From the human T2T-CHM13v2.0 reference genome, Homo sapiens, in NCBI RefSeq assembly GCF_009914755.1, contig NC_060940.1: a stretch of 64,000 nucleotides of DNA; one strand, given 5' to 3'. Both the position numbers and the translations under genes were made by a program. Under the pieces are notes generated by a model, which ran no database searches, had not been told where the DNA came from, and saw only the letters and a program-made list of their open reading frames with translations. Shown one piece after another: positions 28,280 to 53,799 of the stretch (the first letter of the stretch is position 1; every line of letters begins with the position of its first letter).

Positions 28280-29300
28280 CCTGAGCCTCCCGGGCTGCGC
28301 GGACACCTGTCTCCCCGCGGGTGCCGCCTACTACTCCGGTGGACTCCAGTCCCCAGGTTCCGCCCCACGGGGACTGGGGGGAGGGGGGAGGCGCCGCGCG
28401 CATTAGGCGCTGACAGTATACCGACCCCCCCTCCGGTGTGCACAGGCCAACACCCATACACACCCTCACACACCCGCACACACTCCCGTGGAAACTGAGG
28501 CAGGCAGGCGGCGGACCAGGTCCCGCCGCCTGACGGCTAGCGGCTGGGATGGAACCCGGACTGCCAGACGCCTTCCGCCTCACAGGCACTCCTCAGCCGC
28601 TGAGGCCCGGCCCGGCTCCCACCGCCGGAGTTTCACAAAGAAAGTCTCCCGGCCCGAGCCCCTCACGCACTCACCGGCGCCGACGCCCGCGGCGACTGGG
28701 GCTCCCACCTCCTTCAGCTCCTTGCGGGGGTCGGCCCTGGGGTCGGCTTGGGCGCCGGCAGCGGCGACTGCTCCACATCCACCGGGTCCGGGCCGCGTCC
28801 GCCTCGAGCTAACGGTCCCGCCAGCTAGGCGCGCGCGCCAGTTCCGGGCGCCATGTTCCCGCCGTGCTGCTCGCCGCCGAGGCGACCCTCACTGCCCCCC
28901 AGCCGCGCGCGCCCCCGCGGGCCCACACACGAACCGCGCACGCGCGCGTTCGCCGCGCCCCCCTCCCTCCCCGCGCGCCCCGCCTCGCCCCTCTGGAGCT
29001 GGCCGCTGTTCCCAGTGTCTCGCCCACCCCCGCCGGGCCCGTCCGACTCCGCGGGTGAGCGCGTGGTTCCCGGCTGGGCACCGCCGCCTGCCTCTCTGCA
29101 GACCACCCCGGACCCGACCCCTCGGCCACTTCCCCACACTGCCCCTTTCGCTTCCCCCACCACGTGGGGCCTAGGAAGAGGGTCTGGGCCAAGAGGAGCT
29201 TCCCTGCAAGAAGTGCCCAGCTAAGGACGCTACTAAGGGGGCGGGATCGCCACCGTGGAGGTGTGCAAGCAGGTGCCTGCGTCCCGGAGACAGCCGACTC
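28280..29300 (-). promoter_or_regulatory. CpG island: duplicated copy of the TTC28 promoter region
   Basis: Very high CpG density (cgcgcgcg runs), GC boxes (ccgccc/gggcgg) and the TTC28-like exon 1 within it. It lies ~8 kb downstream of the CHEK2-like last exon, the same order as at 22q12. Confidence 0.85.
28675..28776 (-). pseudogene. TTC28: TTC28 exon-1 paralog, disabled (ATG>GTG, CGA>TGA)
   Basis: Minus strand reads VEQSPLPAPKPTPGPTPARS*RRWEPQSPRASAP vs TTC28 MEQSPPPAPEPTQGPTPARSRRRREPESPPASAP. 102 nt. Intact donor GTGAGT at 28674-28669, stop at 28714-28716. The symbol refers to the parent gene. Confidence 0.9.
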
Positions 29301-29385
29301 AACGGAGAAGCTGAGTTGAAGTCCCACATCTCCACTAACACTTGCGTGTTAGGGTCAGGGCTTCGGAACTTGTTTCTCCTAAATC

Positions 29386-29675
<290 letters not shown>

Positions 29676-29974
29676 TGTTTCTCCGAAATCTAAAGACTCA
29701 ATATCATAATCAAGAGAACGCCTCAGCACCGCGCCTAGCACTTAGTAGGTAGTGATCAAGAGAGAAGATCTCTTAAGTGGTTTTAATGGTTAAGGACCAC
29801 AGGTTCTCAAGAAAGGGAAATCTCAATTCAAGTCCCGCCTCCATCTCTTGGAAACTGAGAAACCTTGAACAAGTCACTCAGAGGAGCCAAAGATCCTTGA
29901 TTTCTACATGTGCAAAAGGGGAGTGTGGCAGTAGCACTGCACAGGGTTGACTGAGCTTTCAGGGAGATGATGAC

Positions 29975-31434
<1,460 letters not shown>

Positions 31435-31754
31435 TATCCCAGGGCCCAATGCCTGGCACACACAAAGCTGAGTTTCACTGGTGTAATTCCCACCCTATCC
31501 ATCCAAGAATCCTGAAAGTTTAATGAAAGGGGCTCTGCTCCCAAAACCCTGTGGTATAAGTAGCTGGGAGGAGTTCGCCCAACTTGGGGTTGCAAGGACT
31601 CTTTCTTCCCACCTCTTTGCTTTCCTTTCTCTCCCCCAAACTTCTCTGAAAACCCTAAAGTTGGCAGAAAAATGGAGAATGTTTTCCCTACTAACAAAAA
31701 GAATCTTCAAGAGTCTCTTGGGATTTGTAAATGGTTGCATTTACTAGTCTGGTT

Positions 31755-32077
<323 letters not shown>

Positions 32078-33158
32078 TTCTAGTTTCGTATTTTTCTTAT
32101 TCAAGTAACAAGGAAAAAATAAATAACTCCACCAAGAGGAAAACAGAAAAAAGGAACAAAACTGATAGCATGACTGAAAAGGCCTGGGGTGGTACCTCAC
32201 TTCAGGCATAGCTGGATACAGGCACTTATACAAGATAAGTCTCTCTAATCTCTCTGTGCTTGCTTCCCTTTGATTACTTCATTCTCATGCAATTCTTTCC
32301 ACATAGTGGCCTGAGCAGCTCCTAACTCACATCTGCGCAAGAAAGCAGAGGCTGTTCCCCAATAGTCCCAGCCAAAGTCCCAGGACTGACTTTCACTGGA
32401 CCCGTTTGGGCCACATGCCCTGCCTGAGCCAATCACCACATCCAGCCTGGCCAGACCTGGCTTTCATGAAGCCCCTTCAGGAAGCAGTTGGGGTCATCCC
32501 CTCCAGAAGGACATGGGGAAAACCAGAAAGTGGGAGGAGGGATGCTTCCTTCTGAAAAATAGGGATGCAATTACCACAAGAGGTATCAGATACAGGGCTG
32601 GCACAAACAAGAGCTATCCACGGCACCATCATGTAGGCATGCAGCTGGTCCACCATGAAGCAACCTGGCTGCTCCGCAAAATGGAATCACAGTTAATTCA
32701 GCCAATGAGAAATATCCCTCTACTTGGGTTCCCACCATTCACCCCAGGCCTGGCACGTCCCACATTTCCTTGGTCAAAGGCAAGCAAATTACCCGCCTTT
32801 TATGCTGCACAAAAAGCTGAAAAGATTATCTTACTTCTCTGGCTCAAGAACTTTCTATGACTCCCTCTGGCTACTTATGTGGCTCCCCCACCCTTAATGA
32901 TAGAAGCCAACATTCATGAATCCCCTACCACATGCCAGGTACCTTATGACCTGCCTCCTCCAAACAGCATAGAAGAGGTTGGTACTCTTACCGCACCCAT
33001 TTTATTAATATGGAAACAAAGGCTCAGCAATTTGAGGTAATTTACCAAGAGCCAAAGTTAGGAAGTGCAGAGTTCAGATTAGCACAATATTGTTCCCGCC
33101 ATTGCCATCCCAGCTCCATTTGTTCATGTTTCAAAGTCCTACACCCACCTCTAGCTAG

Positions 33159-33584
<426 letters not shown>

Positions 33585-33694
33585 TAATGGGGTAGGGAAA
33601 AGAATTCCTCCAAGATAAAATTAAAGTGACGTTAGGAAAGGAAGTAGATGTTTGGTAACCTTCAATCAGCAGCTGATTTCTCCCATTGGTGAGT

Positions 33695-34870
33695 CAGTTA
33701 GTTTTCTATGGCCGCTGTAACAAATTACCACGAACTGATTGGCTTACAACAACACAGACTTAATATCTTATTGTTCTATAGTTCAGAAGCCTCAAATCAG
33801 TTTCACTTGGCTAAAGTCAAGTTGTAAAGGACTGATTCCTTCAGGAGGTTCTGAAGGGAAAACCCGTTTTCTTGCCTTTTTCTGCTTTTAGTGGTTACCT
33901 ATATTCCCTGGATTGTGGCCCTTTCCTCCATTTTTAAAGCGTATCACTCCAATCTCTGCACAGTGCTATGGTTTGAATGTGTCCCCCAAAGTTCATGTGT
34001 TGGAAATTTAATCCCCAATGCAACACTGTTGAGAGGTGGGACCTTTAAGAGGAGATTAGGTCATGAAAGATCTTCCCTCATTAATAGAGTAATAATGTTA
34101 TCTCAGCAGAGGGTTAATTATCATGGGGATGGGTTCCTAATAAAAGTATTGAGTTCAGCCCCCTTTCTCTCTTGATGTGATACCTTCCATCATGGGATGA
34201 CACAGCAAGAAGACCCTCACCAGAAGCAGGCCCCTTGATCTTGACCTTCCCAGCCTCCAGAACTCTAAGAAATAAACCTGTTCTTTATAAATTACCCAGC
34301 CTCAGATATTGCATAGCAATACAAAAAAGACTAAGACACTCAGTCACCATCGCATTGCCATCTCCCCTGACTGCTGAGTCCCTCTTAAAAGAGCACTGTA
34401 GGCTGGATGTGGTGGCTCACGCCTATAATCCCAGCACTTTGGGATGCCAAGGTGGGCAGATCACGAGGTCAGGAGTTCGAGACTAGCCTGGCCAACATGG
34501 TGAAACCCCATCTCTACTGGAAAAACAAAAATTAGCTGGACATGTTGGCGAGCACCTGTAATCCAGCTGCTCGGAAGGCTGAGGCAAGAGAATCGCTTGA
34601 ACCTTGGGAGGTGGAGTTGCAGTGATCCGAGATTGCATCATTGCACTCCAGCCTGGGCACCAAGAGCAAAAAACTCCATCTCAAAAAAAAAAAAAAAAAG
34701 CACTGTGATGGGACACTGGGCCCACAGGCAACATAGGATAAGTTCCCATCTCAAGATGCTTAATCACATCTGCAAAGTCCCTTTTGTCATGGAAAGGAAC
34801 ATAGTCACAGATTCCGGGGATTAAGTTGAGGACACTTTGGAGGGGCCATTATTCAGCCTGCCATGGAAGA
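33695..34870. mobile_element. Nested MaLR LTRs: MLT1-like LTR (-) interrupted by an MST-like LTR (33963-34340, +) and an Alu (34400-34700, +)
   Basis: gctgtaacaaattaccac...ggggccattattcagcct (MLT1). tgctatggtttgaatgtgtcccccaaagttcatgtgttgg...gactaagaca (MST). Confidence 0.7.
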
Positions 34871-34918
34871 TATCATGAGAGGGAGTTAATACAAAATGCT
34901 CTGGAAACAGAGAAGGGC

Positions 34919-35329
<411 letters not shown>

Positions 35330-36442
35330 CTAATTGGCAATCTCAGTCTTATTCCTTTAAACATGCAAACCACCTAAATTCCCAACAAACCCCCTACACC
35401 TGGCCAGCCAAGTCTCAGAATGCTTATATACCCTTTAATAGAAATTTTCAACCACCATCCCCATTTCCTAAGGAAATGGCTGTGTGCCCTCGAGCCTGCC
35501 TTGACTGAATCACCAGTGGCCTTTGAACCACGGCACTCAATTCATGGCATGGCCAGTGAGCTACAAAGTGTCCTAGCATCGACCAAGCAAAGTTATAAAA
35601 GCAGATTCAGTGGACAATAAGGAACATTAGCTTTAGAGTCAAAAAGACCTGGGTTGGGTCCCAGCTCTGCCATTTACCAGCTGCGCGACATCAGAAAAGT
35701 TACCTTCATCCTCCAACTTTGGTTTCCTCACCTGTGACATGACAGTGGCTAGAGGACCTCATAGAATCACTGTGAGGACAAGAGCAGCCAAGGGTAAGTC
35801 TTTGCACAGGGCCTCCCCGGTCATTATTGGGTCATCAAGACATAACCGTGCCTTATCTCCACTTCAAAAACCCAAACAGCTCTCAAAAATGAGTCATTGT
35901 AGCTCATTTGGAAGAAAAGACTGATATGAATCAATATGCAACTACCTATAATCTTTCTCTATCCCTCTTACTGTGAATATTTGCTGTGGAAATATTAACA
36001 TGTTTGGTCTCCACTGGGGTAGGACTCCACATGTGTAGGACTCCACTGGGGTGCTACACATACACATAGTAGATATGCCTTACCACCTTCCGAAAATTGG
36101 GTAATTAAATTTCACAACTTATCTAGCCCAAAGGTTTCAGAGACTGTAGACCTGTATCTTTATGAGGGCAAGGATGAGAATATAACCTGGCCTGTTATTA
36201 TGCACCAAGGTACCTGCTGTTCTCATGAAGATGTCAGCAGCCAGCCAGCCAGTCTCTACAAACTCCACCCCCAACCTCGCTATGCTCCTTTCCCTGGAAC
36301 TTTCCAAGGGGCCCTTAGAATTTGCATTCAGCTCTCACAGGCTGAGACCAGGGTGACATCCTGGGAAACCTGCCTAGTGATAGCCAAGGTGTAGCTCCAG
36401 ATGAAAGGCACACAACAACTTTAAATATAAAAAAACCATTCA

Positions 36443-36742
36443 GGCTAGGCATAGTGGCTCACGTGTGTAATCCCAGCACTTTAAGAGACCGAGGCAGGCG
36501 GATCACCTGAGGTCAGAAGTTCAAGACCAGGCTGGCCAACGTGGCAAAACCCTGTCTCTACAAAAAAATATAAAAATTAGCTTGGCATGGTGGCGCATAC
36601 CTGTAATCCCAGCTACTCAGGAGGCTGAGGCACGAGAATCGCTTGAACCTGGGAAGCAGAGGTTGCAGTGAGCCAAGCTTGCACCACTACACTTCAGGCT
36701 GGGCAACAGAGTGAGACTCCGTCTCAAATAAATAAATAATAA
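36443..36742 (+). mobile_element. Alu (AluS-type)
   Basis: Alu consensus, (TAAA)n tail, aaa(a/g)ccattca on both sides. Confidence 0.9.
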
Positions 36743-36786
36743 AGCCATTCAACTAAAGAACCGATTATCAAGCAGAAGCACAAAGC

Positions 36787-37069
<283 letters not shown>

Positions 37070-37430
37070 TCACTGGCTTCTTTAAGATTATCAAAGTTCC
37101 TCAATGTACTTCCAGTAAAGTGGGGGCATTTGATGTGAAATTCTAGTACCAAAAATTACTGGTTTTCATCATTGACAACTGAGTCCTCATCACAGCCCAC
37201 AACTCAGACATGCTTATCTAATGGATATTTCTCTCCCTTATGGCTTCTGACCTCTGAATGATGTATACTGAAAGCAAGTAGCATAACCAACTTCCTCTTG
37301 ATCATCCTCTTCTAAATATCAAGTTTAAAAGGACTACAATACCTCTCAGTTGAAGCCCCAAGTCTTGGTCTTTTGCGGGAAGACAACCTTTGTGCCTTAG
37401 TTGTTTTCCCATATACAAAATTGGGAGGAA

Positions 37431-37725
<295 letters not shown>

Positions 37726-38132
37726 TCGGGGGGGGGAGAAAACAGTGGGAAAAAGGACAGCTACCATTCAACAACAACAACAACAACAAAAAAGCAGGAC
37801 TGGAATTAACTTATACTCACAAAGAACTTTAAAGAACAAAATTGTAATCAAGGAATCAACTACTGACCCAAATTTTAATTTTCCAACAAATTTATATTTG
37901 AGCCTCTAATAGAGTCTTTTGAAATTGCCTTGCAGGTGACCTTTTGGATGACAATCCCTAGCTGTGCTTATCTGTCTATTATGTGTTAGATATTAAACAT
38001 ATCCTGCAATTTTAAATCTAAGGGTGCTGGAGTGAATCAAGTTCAAACAGAGTTTCTACTACATTATAACTGAAACAATGTTAAGCAATTGCTACTCAGG
38101 AAAATCTTGAATTTCATCATCTTTGCTAATCA

Positions 38133-38312
<180 letters not shown>

Positions 38313-39101
38313 CTAGAATGACAGGGCTAGCATGCCCCTGTGGAAAGAGGGAGGAAAAGATGTCCTTCCAAGAATCATCCCCTTGATGAAGCTCCCACAG
38401 CGAAGGCATTATGTGTTGCCCCCCTCTACCTTCCCAGAGGAGTCCAATTAGCAGTCAATGCTCCATCAATCCTGGCTGACTCACATCCACATGCCTAAAA
38501 GCTCTCAGTGGGTCAATCACAGCCTCCAGCAGTCAAGAGTTTCTGAATTAACATCCCAGATCCTGAGAAAGGTGACAATCAGGGGGCCAGGGGCTGGGCC
38601 TGACTCCGTGCAGCTCCTCAAATCCTTCCGGGACCACTCTCCACCTGCTGCCCCTGCCATGAATGAGGCCAGTCACCCAGGCTGTCCTAACAACCAGCCC
38701 AGCACCCTAGGAAAATTCACCCAGCAGATGCCATACAAATTTTCAGAAGTACTTAAGGCCACAATATCCCAGAGCTCAGGTCTAATGAGAAAGGGAGACA
38801 ATAAACATAACAAAGCATTACAGCTGTTTCATGCTGCAGGAGCGGGAGATGAGGAGGGCACAGACAGTGTGTATACGAGTAGCTCCCACCTCTCTGGATG
38901 CTTACTTCTGCAGGGTTCAAGGATTTGCATTAGGAAACCCTGAGAGGTGGTCTGGTGCAGCTCTCCCCATCTTCAGCAAGGTGAAAGGAACATCTATAAA
39001 TAGGAATGTGGCCTTTGAGTGTTGGCCAGAAGCCCAGCTCAGCCACTCACAGGTGGCATGTGTGGAATACAGACCCAGAGTTATCTGATTCCAATGCCTC
39101 A

Positions 39102-41280
<2,179 letters not shown>

Positions 41281-42274
41281 TTATAATATCCCTTGAAAGC
41301 AAACAGAAGTAATCCTCTATTTCAGGCAGTAAATACGAGGCAGACAGTAGATGTAAGGGATGCTCCCAAAACTGGGCACTCTGTTAATGACAAAACAGAG
41401 ACCAGAATCCACATTCCCAACACTCAGTCCAGCGCCAGACCCACAAAACCATTTGGTTTTTGTGAAAACACTGAATTTTCCCAAAATAAAACCCAAACTA
41501 TCACTAACAGATGTTTTAGATGGTCAGTCTTCATCCTCGTCTTCATTCAATGCTCATTCCTCCTTTTACTGCAAAAACAAAAGGTGGCTAGAAGAGTATT
41601 CCAGGGAGATCCTGCAACAGAGATGAACTACACCTTCTCCTTGGTTGTTAATAAGTTTTCTTTGAGATGAAGAAGTACAAGAAAAATGGGCTGTGCTTGC
41701 TCATAAATTTCAGGCAGATGCAAACCCTGTTCCCAGGCTCAACAGGCCAGCTCTGTTTTTTTTGCTGGAGATGAACACAGCTCCTGTACCTCTACATTTA
41801 GACCCAAGAGTTTCCCTATTAGGACACATGAAAAGAGCCAAAAGACATGTTTCTCTTTTTCATCAAAATTAAAATCCCCACATGCAAAGGCACCCTTTGT
41901 TTCCAAACCCCTTTCCTCCAGGGTCCCACTGTTTCAAATCTGTGTGGTCTATTAAATGCTAAATCATCTGACAGATTTCTTCTGGGGAGACTATAGTTTC
42001 CAGCGCAACATCCAAAACACATATATCTGTCTTTTTTTTTTTTTTTAAGTTTTTCTTGTTCTCAACCTGAGCTGGCCTGAGCAAAACTGTTAGGTGTAGA
42101 GTATTAGAACAGAGAATGGGGACAGTCTTCCCAGAGTCCCAGAAGTACGGGGCTGAGGCTGGATTGCCCAAGGAGTTCCTGGACCAGTAATCCCCAGAGA
42201 AACAGCATTTAGCTCAAGTAACAGCCTTTAGCTCAAGCTACGAGTTCTGTCCCCCATCTCCACAGAAAACGGAT

Positions 42275-42635
42275 TGATACAGTTTGGCTTTATGTCCCTA
42301 CCCAAATCTCATCTCAAATTGTATTATCCTGGTGGTGAGAAAGGGAACTGTTGAGAGGTGATTGTCTCATGGGGGCAGTTCCCCCCAGGCTATTCTCATG
42401 ATAGTGAGTTCTCATGAGATCTGACAGTTTCATAAAAGGCTCTTCGCCCTTCACTTCCTTCACAAGCTCTCTCACCTGCTGCCATTAAGACACGCCTTCT
42501 TCCCCTTCCACCATGATTGTAAGTTTCCTGAGGCCTCCCCAGCCATGTGGAGCTGTGAGTCAATTAAACCTCCTTTCTTTATAAATTACCCAGTCTTGGG
42601 CAGTTCTTTATAGCAGTGTGAGAACAGACTAATAC
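42275..42635 (+). mobile_element. MaLR solo LTR (MSTA/THE1-like)
   Basis: tgatacagtttggct...cccaaatctcatc...tgtaagtttcctgaggcctccccagcc...cagactaataca. Confidence 0.85.
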
Positions 42636-43209
42636 ACAGACCAAAAGAAAATTAATAGAAAGGGGCATGGCTGTGTTGAATGGAACTGCTCATTACAGAA
42701 GACCAGACATCTATCAGAACACCTGCCCAATGCCGTAGCTAATTCCAAAACTAAAGATTAATCCAGCAAAGCCAAAACGTACTTCCAACTCTTGGCAGTT
42801 CCAAATGAGGTCAGCATTTAATAATGGCAGCCCCAACCCCTAGCAGGAGCAGAGCAGTAACACAGATGAAAAGTGCAGGTGACGGCCTTCACTAAGGACA
42901 CATTTACTCACCTGAATGAACAAGCAGTGGGACCCTTTATACCCAGTCACTTGGGCTCAAGAAATAGCTGGATTCTCCCCATGGAGGCTGCCCTCCTCCC
43001 CCTCCCCCACTTCCCCGATTTAAGGTTGAAGATGGTTGGAATGCACCGCACCTATGAAGACCAGTGGACATGGCTGGGGTTAGAGCCAGAACAAGCCCTC
43101 AAAAGAACACAGGCCATACTGGAGACTTGGGACAGCCAAGTGGAACCAGAACAGGACATAAAGTGAGCTTGTACATCCAACAGCCATGAGTAACATCGAA
43201 AAGGTTGTA

Positions 43210-43475
<266 letters not shown>

Positions 43476-43551
43476 TTAAACAGACTAAACATGTTTCTGT
43501 CCTCTGTCTCATGTCTCTCAGGCAGCAGGGCTTCCCATGTATTTTATGCTA

Positions 43552-43725
<174 letters not shown>

Positions 43726-44621
43726 TTAACAGGTCACCATCCAGAAAGAGCAGAGAGGGTCTGAGATCATCAGGGAGTCAGCAGACAGGGCCCCCTAATC
43801 TTCCTCATTCTCTGTATTCAGAGTACTGTGAGAAGGCCAGGAATGATAATGACACTCCCTGTCTCCTGCTGCTGGGACATCATTCACGACCTCTTCACCG
43901 CCTGTTCCCTCTCCTGTTGCTAGACTCAAGGTCAATCTAATTAAAGCTAAACTTCTACCCAATTCTAAGATACTTGGGATGCACAGCAAACTCTCCCTGA
44001 CAGATGGATGGGTGAGAGTTACTCAGCCAGGGAGAGGCTCCCTGGAACTGCAGACTTGTCAGAAATAAAACTTGACTACTCCAGCAAGCAACAAATGCAC
44101 GCTGGCCTGTAAATTACAACATAATTATTCCTTAAATATTCTGACATTTAACACAATCACCTATGTTATGTTATTTAACATTCAAGACCTAGAATATTAT
44201 ATAGGCTAGTGAATATTATCCTTCATCTCTGGAGTATGAAAAGGAGCGTAACTGGTGAAATTGCTGGTTTTTTGTTATCTGACTAAGTGTATTAACCAAA
44301 TCCAGTGAACGTTTCTGTCTGCATCGTATTCAAGATCTTTGCAGCTTTTGACGCCAATGATCACTCTCTTATTGAAACACTTGTCTTTTTTTTTTCTAAT
44401 TCTGAGGCACTACTTACTGGTTTTCTTCTTCCCTCACTGCTTCTTCCTTTCTTGTCTTCCATATTCCATTCTTCTTTTCCTAACTTCTAAATATGAAATA
44501 TCACTCAGGACTTAGACCTGAGCCTTTTCCTCTTTTCCTTTTATATAGTTTGTCTATGTGGTCTCTTCAATATCCAAGATATCATATTTATGCATGCAAC
44601 ATTCTAATTCAAACATTATCT

Positions 44622-46542
<1,921 letters not shown>

Positions 46543-47919
46543 TAATTTTCAGCCTATTTTTCAATATAAACATGTAAACATATAAATTACCCTTTCAGTA
46601 CTGCCTCAGCTCTATCTCAGAAGTTTTGTTATGTAGTATTTCACATCCAAATATCTTCTGATTTTCATTTTCATGTCTTCTTTGACTGAAAAATTATTTA
46701 AGGTATGCCTTTAGTTTGAAGATGAAAGAAATTTACATTTTTTTCTCTAATAAATTGCATTTTGGTTACAGAGTATAGGCCACATGTTATAATGTTTGTT
46801 TATTTGTTGTGATTTGATTCATAGGCTAGCATAGGTTCAGTTCTCCTAAGACTTTATCAGGCTTCAAAGTATATATATATTCTCTAATTTGAGCATACAG
46901 CAGTCTATATATTTCCTTTACATTAAGCTTTTTAAATACAGTGGTAAAAATCTGAGATAATCTTACTACATTTTGATTATCATTGACTCAGAGGTTTAAG
47001 TTTCTTCAAAGTTGAGGATTTAGCCATTTTTCTTTGTAATTCTGCCAATTTGTGCTTCATATATTTTACGGTTGAATTGTTACATGCATACATGTCTTTA
47101 CATAATGACTTTTATTCCTCAGAATGTTTTTTTGTCTTAAATTATAGTTTTTGATATGAAAATAGCTATATCAGCCATATATTGGTTAATATTTGTTTTA
47201 TTTATCATTTACTCATCTCATACCTTCAGAATTTTGTGTCTTCATGTTTTTAACTATTACGGGTTATACCTGGATTTTCACATTTTTATCCAGTCTTCAA
47301 GTGTCTGTCTTTAACTAATTTAGATGATTTAAGTTTATTGTGGTTATGGATAAATTTATATTTACTTCTGTCATCATATATTGTGCTTTCTGTTAACCAT
47401 ATTATTTCTCCAATTCTTTTCCCCAATGCATTCTATTAGATTGATCAAGGTTTTTCCCCTTTATTTGTTTAAAAGTTGTATGTTCTAGTTCTATTCTATT
47501 CACAATTACCCTTGAAATGTAATATGTGTACTTGAATTAACAAGTAATTTAAAAAACTAATTGTAAAATTAAAATCACTAGTTTCATCTTGAAGGATGCA
47601 TTAATTTTGATCACCCTCATTCATCCCCAACTTACTGTTTTCCAGTACTTTTGTTCCAATTTATATTTTATCAGCTTTTTTGAGGTATAATACACAGCGC
47701 ACAAAATTTATTTATTCTAAATGCACATTTCGATGAGTTTTGGCAAATTTATAGAGTTGTACAACAATTACAAAAATTCAGTTTTTGAATACTTACATAA
47801 TCTCAAAAAGTTTCCTCTGCTTATTTGCATTAAATCCTCACTCCCACCTACCCAAGTCCCAAGTAACAAATGATCTGCTTTCTTTATAGATTTGCCTTCC
47901 ATGAAAAGTTACATAGATT

Positions 47920-48099
47920 GGCTGGGCACAGTGGCTCATGCCTGTAATCCTAGCATTTTGGGAGGCCAAGGCGAGCAGATCACCTGAGCCCAGGAGTTCA
48001 AGACTAACCTAGGCAACATGGTGAAACCCCATCTCTACTAAAAACACAAAAATTAGCTGGGCATGGTGGCGCACCTGATAGCTACTCGAAGGCTGAAGT
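47920..48099 (+). mobile_element. 3'-truncated Alu fused to L1
   Basis: Alu left arm and start of the right arm end abruptly at gctactcgaaggctgaag, directly followed by antisense L1 ORF2. Confidence 0.85.
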
Positions 48100-53790
<5,691 letters not shown>

Positions 53791-53799
53791 CCTCTCTTT

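Noticed and set aside
28488-29327. Arg/Pro/Ala-rich ORFs (228 aa and others) in the CpG island
   Set aside because: Expected from GC content. The only recognisable frame is the disabled TTC28 exon 1.
38458-38943. 161-aa plus-strand ORF in CHEK2-like intron 13
   Set aside because: No recognisable homology, antisense to the pseudogene, and no supporting exon structure.
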